Assembly: GCF_018977255.1 (NCBI RefSeq)
Contig: NW_024704743.1
Coordinates: forward strand, 39,930,001-39,994,000
DNA: 64,000 nucleotides
DNA from: Callorhinchus milii
Lineage: Eukaryota
Direction: 5' to 3'
Positions 1 through 12,095 of this stretch are shown here, one piece after another. The position numbers and the translations under genes were made by a program. Within the stretch, counting starts at the first letter, position 1. Each line of letters opens with the position of its first letter. The notes under the pieces are model-generated. The model was given only the letters and a program-made list of their open reading frames with translations. It did not search any database and was not told where the DNA came from.

Positions 1-190
1 TGGATTATTGCCCCCAGAAAGGGATCTGCCAATCGATTAACAATCGGTTCCTACTTATTGTTAGTTAAGGTTAGGTATTGTTGTCATGTGGACTAAGGAA
101 ACTTGCCTAAGGTTTCACCCTGCCCGGGAATCAAACCGGGGTTCATTCTCTTGAGAGTCGAGTGCTCTAACCAATAAACTATAAGACTCC
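1..190 (-). mobile_element. tRNA-derived SINE, long subfamily, 5' part (truncated by the window edge)
   Basis: Reverse complement of the SINE head (ggagtcttatagtttattggttagagcactcg...ttaggcaagtttccttagtccac) plus the aagtaggaacc insert. Confidence 0.75.
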
Positions 191-789
191 AATTTGTCAG
201 GATGTGGTACGTGGCTGTGATATTTATCATCAGCGATAGTTATCACATAATAGGATATTCTACTCCAGAACCTTCCCTGTTCGATAACAGCAGTGGGGTA
301 CACTCCTGGCTGTTCAAATATTTTCACCCAAAAGCTATTGATCGTGCCACAACATGGATCTCAGGAGTTTAATGCTGCCATTAGCTTTACTCAACTTTTA
401 AAGCTGTTTCCCCTCAGTAGTTTATCACTGGGACACCTCCAGGATCAAATTGCCCCACAATGTGATAATTTTCACCAATGGTCATTATCAAAGCGCATAC
501 TGCATTTCTAGTCCCTGCAATTTTAGTTGCTGCTGTATAACCTTTCTCATTTTCACTTCCAATATTAATAGAATAGAGTGGAACGAAAAATGTGACGTTC
601 CATAACAGATTAATTATCACATTGATTCTGGCAGAATTTAAGTCTATAATTATCGACCAGTTTTGGGATTGAATTCATCTGACTTCAGCACAAAATTTAC
701 AATCTCTTTATAAAGTAGTTGGGTCACCATCTTTGTATATCCATTCAGTGGCAGCAGGTCAAGAATACATGTTACCATCCAAAAGCAGT

Positions 790-1330
790 ATTTAACCTAT
801 CTTGTTCGACTTTGCACTCTACCATCTTCATTAGCTTGGTGTCATCTGCAAACGTAGCCACTTGTGCTTGTGACCCCTAGTTCCAGATCATTTATAAAAA
901 ATATTAAACCAAAGAGGTCCCAAAATAGACCCTTGTGAAATTCTACTGGTAACATTCCCTCAGTCTGATGACATTCTCTGAACCACCACTTCAGGATTCT
1001 TGCGATTGTAAAATATCTCCACTGATTCCTGCTTTCTTTACTTTCAGTACCAGCCTTTCAAGAGAAACCGTATCAAAGGCCTTACTGAAATCCAGATATA
1101 CAATATCCACAACCTTACCCTTGTCAAGCTTCATTGTCACACCGTCAAAGAAAACCGGTAAATTAGATTGGCAAGACTTACCCTTCATGAATCTGTATTG
1201 GCTATCATTTATTATTTTATTTCTGGCAGTGTGCTCCATGATTTTATCCTTAATAAGAATCTCTATAATTTTACCCATAATGGATATCAAACTTAGTGGT
1301 CTATAGTTTCCTGGGTCACATTTGTTACCT
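790..1330 (-). mobile_element. CR1 LINE RT fragment (old)
   Basis: ORF 991..1290: SQYRFMKGKSCQSNL...VDIVYLDFSKAFDTV; FADDTKL-type motif at about 835-855. Confidence 0.85.
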
Positions 1331-2119
1331 CAATACTTTCTCAAGTCGCCTGTGCGTGTTGCAACATAATATTGTGGTCACTTAATCCATAACTGTTCGT
1401 GGGACACTGTTGTGCACAACTGGCTGCTGGTTATCGGCCAGAAAATATACAGTCACTACATTTTACAGTATATTCTACGAAGCGCTTTGAGACGTTTCAA
1501 AAACATGATAAAGCTATATCGAAAGCAAGGATTATTACTATTATTGTGATTAACTCCCACTTCACAAAATACCAATTGAGCTAAACTGTTATATATATAT
1601 ACAAAAGGATATACAGCCTCCACCATCTGGACCTGGAAGGGAGTTTCTCCCAATGTCCCAGCCAACAATCCCCGAATAAAATTGGTCATTCACTCGATGA
1701 TCGTTTGTGGAACATTGCAATGTGAAAATTATCTGCTGCATTCACCCACAAAGCACACAGTCACTATATTTTACACTGTAACTTTGGAAGCACTTTCAGC
1801 TATTCTTTAGCCACGAAAGGCACTATACCAAATGTAAGGATTATTATTATGATTATTATCTTTGAGCTTAACCATTGGACCAAAGTTGGTAGTTGTTCAG
1901 ATCCAAGCCCAGTTGATAACCATCAATAAATTCCTGCTGTTTACCAGATTTGAATGCCAAACACAAATTAAGGACTGGAGCAAGTTACCCAGAAGGATGA
2001 TTGCGGCCACTTGAATTCACTTAAGAAACAACTGGATGCTGTAAAGTGTGGATTGGAGGATAGTATGCTGAATAGATGAGATCAACCAAATCAAGGAATC
2101 TTCTTCATCCAAGCTTCTT

Positions 2120-2440
2120 ATAATAATAATAATAATAATCCTTGCATTTGATATAGCGCTTTTCACGTCGGGAGGACGTCCCAAAGTGCTTCACAGAATA
2201 CACTGTAAAGTGAATTGACTGTATATTTGGGGGCGAACGCGGCAGCCAATTGCGCACAGCAATGTCCCACAAACAGTCGTAGATTGAGAATGACCAATTT
2301 ATGATTGTTTTGTTTTGGAGGGATTATTATTAGGCGTGTGAAGTAAGGAAACTTGCCCAAGGTTTCGTCCTGCCTGGAATTGAACTCAGGTCTCTCACTT
2401 GCAAAGCGAGTGCTCTAACCACTGAGCTACAGGACTCCAC
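2120..2440 (-). mobile_element. Full-length tRNA(Ala)-derived DeuSINE-type SINE with L2-like tail (short subfamily)
   Basis: Head gtggagtcctgtagctcagtggttagagc (A box) and gagttcaattcc (B box); Deu-like ctgtttgtgggacattgctgtgcgcaattggctgccgcg; (ATT)n tail; flanking cttctt on both sides may be a TSD. Confidence 0.92.
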
Positions 2441-4129
2441 TTCTTTTTGTGTGCATGGGATATACATTTTAAATGGAATTGAGAAGGTAAAGCTAAAGAA
2501 GTACTTCTGCGTGCATTGAATCAGGAGAAAAAGAGGGCACAGGTACAGAGTTGCACAGCACAATTTCAGAACAGGCACCAAAAAGTATTTCTCTACTCAG
2601 TGGGTAGTAAATGACTGAAACATGGTATTAGGAAGGTGGTTGAGGCCATGAAGTTTAAGAGAAACACAGCTTGATACTTTAATAAGAGGATGGTCGGTGG
2701 CTATTCTGGTAGAATCAGATAAAATGGAGCAAAGGTTCCCCTTCATCTGAACCTTTCTTATGATCTTGGAAATAAAAAAACTGACAGGTAAACAACAACA
2801 ATAGCGCCCTTCGCACAGGGTAGCATTTCAGAGCATTTAACAGTGACTTTGAGCTGGGGGTGGGGGTGTGGGGGGAGAAGTGACCATAAGCACAGTCGAA
2901 AAGGAAGGTTTTCAGGTGGGACTTGAAAAGGGGGAGAGGTGGGGCAAGACGGAGGATTAAGGGAGAGTTTTCCAGAGTTTCAGAGTTTCAGAGTTAAATG
3001 TAAAAAGAAAGAATAAAAATGNAAAAAAAACAAGTATTAGTGGCTAAATCCAGAGGAGAAAATTGAAATGACATTGTGATATATGCTTTGTTTAAAATTA
3101 AGTTGCAGAATTTAAACTAAAATTATTATTTGTATGTGTGATTTGCTGTTCCAGACTGTTGTATTGGAGTGAACTACATAGGAAAACAGTAATCTTGCAT
3201 CACTGAAGCTAGAACATTAATCATAAAATGGACAAAACATTAATGCATTTTTCTAACACAATTGTGTATTCTGTGTGTGCTTCTTTCATAGCAACAAATA
3301 AACTTTCAAAGCTAATTAGACCTAGTCACGCAGCAAGTATTTTAGGACATGGGCCTTTGTTTCACTGAAAAGCTGTATACTAGCAAATGCCCTTCACTAG
3401 ACTGACAATGTCAATTAACACAAAGTTTCTACCTTGTTGCACTTTGAATACAAATAATTTCTGACTATATATTAACACATAAGCACAATTCATTTTGCTC
3501 TACCAACCAATTTCAAACCAATTAAGGCTATTTGCTCCTATTAGTACTGAATAGATTTCATGCACCACTAGTTTGAATACCGTCCGTTGTTGTTTCATCT
3601 AATTAAAAAATATGAAATGTTGGGTTAATCATCATCAAATTTATAAACTGTTTCCTATTTTCAGCTCCTATTACTTTCGGGTACTGTGTGACACAATGGG
3701 TTAGAATGTAATGGTTTTCCCTTCAAGATCTGACTTTAATTGAATGAAGTTCCTATTTTCCGTCAAACTTTAAGAGTTCTGAAGCAAAATGATTTGGGAA
3801 CAATCTCAGCTAATCTGTTGCTTGTTGCAATTCCATAAGCACAAACTGTACATAACTTGATGCAGTTTAATGCTAAATAAGGAGTCACACTCAGAGATGT
3901 ACAAAGATGGTGAAGGGGAACTAGGAATGTCTTGCCAGTGGGCTTGAAAATACAGGAGTCACAACCTGGATCACCAAAGGATTGTAAATATAGTAATCAA
4001 GTGTAAGTTAAGATGTGACAGTAGCAAATAACCACAAAGGTGAATGTAAGTATCCTATTCAACTTTATGGTCATTATAGCCAAACTCAGTGCAATCCTCA
4101 GAACATTCAAATGTACAATTTCCAACAGT

Positions 4130-4680
4130 AATCTTATCCTATTTGCATTTGATGAAGCGCTATGTCAAAACACCTCCAAGTGCTTCATGGTAATTATTAT
4201 TACATGCAGCCTCAGTACATTTATAGGCATATACTGCAGCTAATTTGTATACAACGATGAACCATAAACAGCCAGTTGGTGAATGATTAGTTTTTAAGTG
4301 GAGGATGTTGGCCAGGACACCAGGAGAAACTTCTTTCTCTTTTGACTATTGTCATGGGTTCTTTGATGTCCACTTGCCTTAATCCCTCTGCCTTGACCCC
4401 TCTTTACCCCTCTTCCTCTTCGACAATGCCACTGGCCACCCCTTCACTTTTCCCGGCTCTGTGTCAAACTCCAGCACTGTTAATCACTCCTAGACACCAC
4501 CACACATGGAAGGTATGGTTTAAATACAAGTTGTTGATGTTTTTGAACAGGCAGTTGGGAATTTATTTTAACATCTCAAGGAAAGCACATCTGACAATAT
4601 GGAAGTCCCATAACACTGCACTGGAGTGACAGCTTAGACCATGAGCTCAAGGTTCCCAACTGGGGACTTGAACCTACAAT
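4130..4680 (-). mobile_element. Older DeuSINE-like element (SacSINE1/AmnSINE1-like), interrupted at about 4375-4535
   Basis: ttggccaggacaccaggagaaact, tttaacatctca...gcacatctgaca...actgcactggagtg, and a B-box-like ggggacttgaacc; the same motifs recur at about 24650-24925, 32250-32410 and 38260-38470. Confidence 0.65.
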
Positions 4681-6457
4681 GGTCACGAAGGTCAAACAAT
4701 GGTCACAACCATGAAAAGTGGAATCCATTGCCAATTTCTGTTTCCCTAGCTCAGCGCTACAAGTCTAATCATAGAGCCTCGAATTAATGACTTGACTAAG
4801 ACCTCAGCCTAAGATGATAGATGCTTTCGTTAAGTATTATGAAAGCACCTGCTGAATGAATTACTGGTACAGCAGTGGAATGTTTGGACTAGACCGTTGT
4901 AGGAACACGGCCTGCTTAAAATCTTACTACTGAAATAATAATGCTCCTTTAAACTTTAAGTATTCCATCATGGATTCAGAAGCCAGACAGAACACAACAA
5001 GGAACGAATGCATCATAAAAACAAAGTGTTGCAGCGTTGCAGCATTGCTAAAGTTATTGTGCCAGGAACTGGTCAATAATTCACTTGAAATCATATATAT
5101 TATCTCTATGTTTTATAATTCACCTCACCTAGCTTGCTGTTTATTTAACCAATGTATGTGTGTGTGCTAAAGGACTGCAATTGATGCTGAACAAGCTGAC
5201 TTACTTGTTTAGAAATACAGGTAATTTGTATATGTTGTTTAAGAATTATTGGATGAATCGTGAATATAGCTCCTTGTGCAGTAATCGTGGGTGTTATGAA
5301 GGCTGAGGTGCACCCAGTGATTTATTACCAGTGAGTTTATCTTTGCTTCTGCACATACCTCTGTTCTCTTGGATAGAATAAAAATCCTTACTGATAAATA
5401 ATTGGTCTCATCTTTATTCTGAACAGAATGTTTGGATATACCAAAAATGACTGGAATAAAATAAAACTTTCTCTGAGGAGTAAAAAAATATAGTTTCCAT
5501 AACCAATATCAATGAACACATGCAAGATTATGTTTGTTCCTTATGTATAACAGTTGCATTTTCCTTGGGCACTATAGATTAATTGTTAATTATGCCATAT
5601 ATTAAGGTGAAAAATGAAAATAAATGGTTAAAATATTAATTAAATCTTAGCGGACTTTAATTAAATTATGGCTGAAAGTTGATGTGATCTGAATGCTGAA
5701 GATAGATTGTGAAAGAAACACTACCAGGAATAAGAAAAGACAAATGAGATATTGATCAGGAAGGAAGATTAAGCCTAAGGTTAAGACAAGTATGTTGATT
5801 TGTGCAATCGATAAGAAGCGCGTGATGAGTCTCAATATCTACACAATCCAGCTGTCAAGAACAAAGAAACTCTAAAAAAGCAAGACTTTTGGCACATATT
5901 CAACATTTGTTTGAATGCCATCATACTTCTCAGAATAAATTTCTGAGTGATTCAAATCAAGCTTTATTCTAATTTACAAAATATGTAAAGGTGCTGTACT
6001 TGTAAAAAAGCATTAATGCACAACATGTTTAGAAAGAGATATTTACTGTGGTTCACTGACATCGGAGTTCCATCTTTTGGATGAGGCATTAAACAATCTA
6101 CCTGTTCAGGTGGATGTCAAAATTCCTATGAAAATAAAGCCTTTATTTCATGAAGCTGCATTGGATGAATCTAAATCTCCCTTTTGTCACTGAACGCGTT
6201 TTATTTAAATATTCCACCACTGCAGGAAATCCTATAATTTACAGGATTTAAGGCCAATTTATATTTATGCAAATAAATTTCTACATATGTTTTGACGGGC
6301 CACAGAAAATCTTAGTAGTATCTTTATTCTGAGAAATGTCCAGTTTGCTTACTCCAAGTAGATCAGGGAATGAAAGCAAACAAAGGATGGAGGCAGAGAT
6401 CCAGAGAAACAGCAATCGAGTTAAGAATACAATACAAGTGGTGAAAAATGTATTAAG

Positions 6458-7262
6458 AACAACAGCAAATTACATTTGTACAGTGCTTTTCATGTCGGGA
6501 GGAAGTCCCAAGGCACTGGACAATCAGGGATTTGGACCCGAGCAGGGAGTTGGAATCAAGTGGGGGGTGGAAGGCAGGGAGTGTAGAGCTAAAAGGATGG
6601 CTGAATTTGCGGTCGAAGAGGAGGGACTTGAGATGTGCTTTGAAGGAGTCAATAGAGGGAGCAAGATGAAGTGATTGTGGAGTGGAGTGCCAAAGGTTGG
6701 GGGCAGAGAGACTGAAGGCTCGATCGCCAATAGTGGGGCGGGCCAGGCGAGGGATGTGAAGCAGGCCAGAGCATGCTGAATGGAGGGAGCGGACAGGTTG
6801 ATAAACGATTAGCAGGTCACAGAAGTAGAAAGGGGCAAGGACATGGAGAGCCTTAAAGGTGATTATGAGGATTTTGAATCTATCCTCTGGGTTATGGGGA
6901 GCCAGTGGAGCCGGGTGAGGAGGGCCTCGGTCTTGTTCAGATTCAACTGGAATGTCAGACGATGTCTGACAGACATTCTGACAGGACAGCAGTGATTGGA
7001 GGCAGAGAGATAGAGTTGCGCGTCATCCGCATACATGTCTGCGAATGATGTCACCAAGAGGAAGCATATATGGGTTCAAGAGGAGGGGACCAAAGACAGA
7101 GACCTGAGGAACACCACACAAGATGGTGCGGGGGCTGGAGGAGAAGCCGTTTGTGGAAACAAAGTGGAGACGGTCTGAAAGGTAGGAACTGCACCAGTTA
7201 AGGACAGAACCATGAAGGTTAAGGTGAGAGGAAAGGAGGTGGAGGAGGATAGAATGGTCAAG
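6458..7262 (-). mobile_element. L2 LINE 3' fragment with internal deletion
   Basis: GVPQVSVFGPLL, MYADDAQLY and LHWLPITQRI motifs; L2 3' tail cagtgccttgggacttcctcccgacatgaaaagcactgtacaaatg. Confidence 0.88.
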
Positions 7263-7898
7263 TTGAATTTCAGTCAAAGTACGCAATAAAAACTCATTCA
7301 AACTAAAGGTTGATATACTACTGGTAAATGCTCTGAGACACTACATCACCTTTGTTATACCTTTGTTATTTCCAAAGCCACTAGTGGCCACCATTGTTGC
7401 TGCCAACTACAAAGAACAATATTTGAAGACCTGTTTTATGGGGTACTATTTTAAAATGAAAATAAATAATGCTTGTAATTGTTATCTCGCCTTTCTTGTT
7501 GGGAGGATATCTCAAAGGATTTACTGTGAAGTGAAGTAACTGTATATATGTAAGTGAACGAGGCATCTCATTTGTGTACAACAATGTCCCACAAATAGCC
7601 ATGAAACAAATTATCATTTATATTTGAAGGAATGTTGGCCAGAATTATCCCATAACCCTAGCACAAAAACTCTTCATTCTGCAGTTGAAAATATCAGTGA
7701 TAGACACTAACAGCTTGAAGTCACTAGGCTGGCAATGATAATTATCAATTCTTTCTATCATAATTTTGATTGAGTTGATATTGATAATTATTGATAATTG
7801 GCATATTGCATGGAATATCAGATTGTGCTAAAAGTATATTTAATAATAAAGAACAACTTAGAAAAGCAGAGATCGCAGTGGCACAGACATAATAATAA

Positions 7899-8110
7899 TG
7901 AAAACAAAAACAGAAGTTGCTGAGAACATTCGGCAGGTCAGGCAGCATCTATGGAGAAAGGAAAGTGAGTCAACGTTTCGGATCCACGACCCTTCGTCCG
8001 AAACGTTGATTCACTTTCCTTTCTCCATAGATGCTGCCTGATCTGCTGAGTGTTCCCAGCGACTTTTGTTTTTGTTTTCAGATTTCCAGCATCTGCAGTA
8101 TTTTGTGTTC
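7899..8110. mobile_element. Palindromic non-autonomous Penelope-derived element (two inverted 3' termini; 84-bp arms, 14-nt loop)
   Basis: Arm 7899-7982 is the reverse complement of 7997-8080 with 7 transition mismatches; same sequence as the termini of the element at 9570-11840. Confidence 0.85.
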
Positions 8111-9569
8111 AGTAATAATAATAATTTTTGCATTTGATACAGCACCATATCAACCCATTGAGACATCTCAAAGTGCTTCATACAATATATTGTGAAGCGG
8201 CAGCCAATTGCACACAGCAGTATCTCAAAAATAGTCATGGATTTTTCTCCTCATTGAAAGAGCAGACACAATCTATTTAAACGAGAAGGAGAAAAAAAGA
8301 GACTGAGAAATAAATAGTAAGTCAAGAAGAGTTACAACCTTTCTACCAATGGAAGTCTTGAGTGCACATGAGTGAAGCTTGACTGAAATTGATGATATCC
8401 ACGTGATCATTCATGACAGAGTGTTCAAGGACACTTTTGCAATGAAACAATAAAATTCCATTCATAATAACTAATTGCTTGTATTTCCTGACAAAGTCAT
8501 ACATTTGTTTGAACAGCTCATCAATATGTCACCAGAGGTCATACCTTGTCCAATGCTCCAGAAATGTCAAGAGATGCTGCCCTCTGCATGCTGGTTGGGA
8601 AAAGAATAGCTCAGTTTTTGTTGAGATTGGGAGTTCATGAGTTGACTGACTGACTGAAGCTAAATGTATTGGTGACCCAAAAGCAGGCTGCTGTGATTCA
8701 GATATTGTACCGACTCCTCACACAAAGTGTTTTTCATCAATTCTGACAGATCTTCAGTGGAGTTATTGGTGCCTGTCGTTGATCTTGTCTTGTGAATAAG
8801 CATGATGTTTGCTGCTTTCTACATGGATGGAAGAACTACCGACAGGGCCAATTGAAAATGATAAGCTGGAAGCAGTAAGTTCTCCAGATCAAATTCTGAC
8901 AACCCTGACACCAGAATTAGCAGATCTTCTGGCTTCAAGCTTTTAAGAGATATTCAACTCATCTTATGTCACTTCGACTAATGAGTTCTTGTATTTCAGT
9001 GGAACATTTGTCACCATATTTCAGATGACCCCCTCAAAAATAACCGTCTATATCACAAATCATATGTGATGCAGACTAGAGAGCACATCTCCCATCAGCA
9101 ACCTGGAGAAGGAAATTGTTATTTATTCAAGTATACAGCTGTCAAATAAGTAAGAGCATAGCAAGTTGATCGGGGAGTTGTATCTTGTGGAAGATTTTGA
9201 AACTCAAGGCTGATCCTTCACCAGAAATATTTTTTCTCAGTTGAAACTGCTGGTATGATTGTCCTGCACAGGACCTCACCCAATATCAGCATCCCAAAGT
9301 CAATATTCTAATACAAGGTTTCGTATCTCGATGCTTCAATGTGCGCACCACAATCTCAAACCCAATAATCACCAATAAAAAGCTACTTGTTGAAACCCAC
9401 ACAAGTTAAAAATCATCAGTTTGTTACGGAGCTGCTTCAGTTTAACTCATTTCTGGAGTAACCTGTAATATAATGGCCTCTTTATTATATTGTTGGCTAT
9501 CTAAACACTGGTTCAGATCAATTCAGTTCTCAAATAGAGGGCATTAATTTAAGTTAACAAATGGGGAGC

Positions 9570-11840
9570 AAAAAACTGGGAAAACTCAGCAGGTCAGGCA
9601 GCATCTATGGAGAAAGGAAAGTGAGTCAGCGTTTCAGGTCCATGAACCTTCATCAGAACTGGAGCATGTTGGGAGGGAAAGGTTTTTGAAGGACAAGTTG
9701 GGAGGGAGAACAGGACAAAGAAGACAAAAAAAAGAGGACAAAGGAGTTGATGGGTTAAAGAGGTGATAGTGGTGTAAAACAAAAGGGGGTGTGGATTAAA
9801 CAAAACTGGTGAGAAGAGGAGTTAATGGTGCAGAACAAGCAACACACCAGAGAGAGGCAAAGAGTGTCTGGGGTGATGATTGTAATGATAACAGAAGATA
9901 ACTCTTCTGGTAACAGAAAGAGGGGGTGGGGGGAAGGTGAGCTGTTATGGTCTGAAGTGGCTAAAATTGAAATTGAGGCCAGATGGCTGTAGGGTCCCTA
10001 ACGGATAGATAAGATGTTGTTCTTCAAGCTTTCGCTGTGGATCATTGGAACAGCATAGGAGACCATGGATGGAGAGGTCAGACTGTGAATGGGAGTGTGA
10101 ATTGAAATGGCAGGAGACCGAATATCAGGGTTCACCTTGCGTGCAGAACGGAGGCATTCTGCAAATCAGTCACCCAATCTGCACTTCATCTCCTCAATAT
10201 AGAGGAGACCACACCATGAGCAGCGGATACAGTATACTACATTGATGGTAGCTGTCTTTCATGGAAGCTGTGTTTGGGGCCTTGGATAGTGGTCCAGGAG
10301 GAGGTGAAAGGGCAGGTATTATATCTCCTGCTCTGGCATGGGAAGGTGCCAGGGGAAGGAGAGCAGCTGGTAGTGCTGTCAGCGGAATGAACTAAGGAAT
10401 TCCGGAGGGAACGATCTCTTCGGAATGCGGAGAGGGGAGAGGAAGAGAGGGAAATATGTGTTTGGTGGATGAGTCACGCTGGAGGTGCCGAAAATGTCGG
10501 CGAATGATGTGCTGAAAATTGAGGCTGGTGGGGTGGTAGGTGAGGACCAAGGGGATCCTATCACAGTTCTGGGATGGGGAAAGGGGTTAGAGCAGAAGTG
10601 CGGGAAATATGGCGGACACGGTCAAGGCCCTTGGCTATTACTGTCGATGGGAATCCTTGGTCAAGGAAAAATGAGGACATCTTAGTTGCTCTGGTGTGGA
10701 AGGTTGCATTGTCAGAGCAGATGGGGCGGAGTCTGAGGAACTGGGAAAATGGGATGGTGTCTTTGCAGGAGGCTGGGTGGGATGAGGTATAATCAAGGTA
10801 GCTGTGGGAGTTGGTGGGTTTACAACAAAATGTCTGTGGATAGTCTGTTACCTGACGTGGAGATAGTGAAGCTGAGGAAAGGAAGGGAAGAGTCAGAGAT
10901 GGCCCATGTGAATTTTATGGAGGGGTGGAAGGTGGAAGCAAAGTTTATAAATGCTTCTAACTCACTACGAGAGCAGGAGACGGCCCTGACACAGTCATCA
11001 ATGTACCTGAGGAACAGGTCAAGGAGAGGACCTGAGTAGGACCGGAACAAGGAGTGTTCTATGTGGCCAACAAACAGACAGATGTAGCTGGGACCCTGGC
11101 GGGTTCCCTTAGTGACACCTTTTATTTGAAGGAAGTGGTTGGAATTGAATGTGAAGCTGTTTAATGTCAGAACAAGTTCAGCCAGTCGGAGGAGTGTGGT
11201 GGTGGATGGAGACTGGTTTTGCCGTTGATCAAGATGGAACCAGAGGGCCTGGAGGCTGTCCTTGTTGGGAATGGAGGTGTAGAGAGACTGAATGTCCATT
11301 GTGAAGAGGAGATGTTCAGGACCGGGGAATCGGAAATTGTCAAAGTGGCGGAGGGCCTCCAAGGAGTCACAGATATAGGTGGGTAGGGATTGGACGAGGG
11401 GAGCAAAAATGGAGTCCAAATAAGACGAGATTAATTTGGTGGGACAGGACCAGGCTGAGACAATGGGTCTACCAGGACAGTCCTGTATGTGGATCTTGGG
11501 GAGAAGGTACAGGCGGGCTGTTCGGGGCTGGGTGGCTAAGAGGTTGGAAGCTGAAGGAGGAAGGTCACCAGAGGAGATGTGGTCATTGACTACCTCGGCC
11601 ATGGTGGCTGGGTGTTCAGCTGTGGGGTCTTGGTCCAGGGGAAGGTAGGAGGAATTGTCAGAGAGTTGGCGTTCAGCCTCTGCCAGGTAGAGGTCCTTTC
11701 ACCAGACAGGGTCAAAGGGTCATGGACCCAAAATGTTGACTCACTTTCCTTTCTCCATAGATGCTGCCTGACCTGCTGAGTTTTCCCAGCGACCTCTGTT
11801 TTTGTTTCAGATTTCCAGCATTTGCAGTATTTTGTGTTTT
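9570..11840 (-). mobile_element. Penelope-like retroelement (decayed, 5'-truncated): RT plus GIY-YIG endonuclease, with an inverted copy of its 3' terminus at 11715-11840
   Basis: ORF 10820..11602 has YLLPKIH, PGRPIVS, FTMDIQSLYT, QIKG..KGT..GP and FLRYIDD. Minus strand 10243-10142 reads NVVYCIRCSWCGLLYIEEMKCRLGD*FAECLRS (GIY-YIG-like). About 10030-9946 reads LEEQHLIYPLGTLQPSGLNFNF. Termini 9570-9650 and 11715-11790 are inverted repeats. Confidence 0.9.
9624..9660 (-). ncRNA. Minimal type I hammerhead ribozyme motif in the Penelope-like 3' terminus (probably degenerate)
   Basis: Minus strand: AGTT-CTGATGA-AGGTTCATGGACCT-GAAAC-GCT-GACT = stem I, CUGAUGA core, stem II, GAAA, stem I'. The position corresponding to U16.1 is C here but T in the copy at about 7968-7997. 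Confidence 0.65.
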
Positions 11841-11849
11841 GAGGCAAAT

Positions 11850-12095
11850 GGGGAGATTGGGAGACATTTTTTTTCAAACGCCGAGTTGTTAGGATATAGA
11901 ATGTTTTGCCAGGAAAAGTGGTTGAGGCAGAATCCATATTAACTTTCAAAAAGGAACTAGCTAGATATCTCAAAAAGATTAAATTACTGAGGTGTAGGGA
12001 AACGACAGGTAAATAGGACTGAAAGGATTGTTCTTTAAAAGAGCCAGCACAGATACGATGGGCCAATTTGCTTTCTTCAATGCTGTAAATGTCTA
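11850..12095 (+). mobile_element. Old CR1 3' end fragment
   Basis: FF.RRVVRI.N.LPGKVVEA-type coding remnant followed by gatgggccaatttgctttcttcaatgctgtaaat tail. Confidence 0.6.

Noticed and set aside
3022..3022. Single N in an A-rich tract
   Set aside because: Assembly ambiguity or small gap, not biology
8340..9450. Coding-like, compositionally balanced intergenic stretch
   Set aside because: No long ORF in the track and no motif I can recognise; a BLASTX search would be needed
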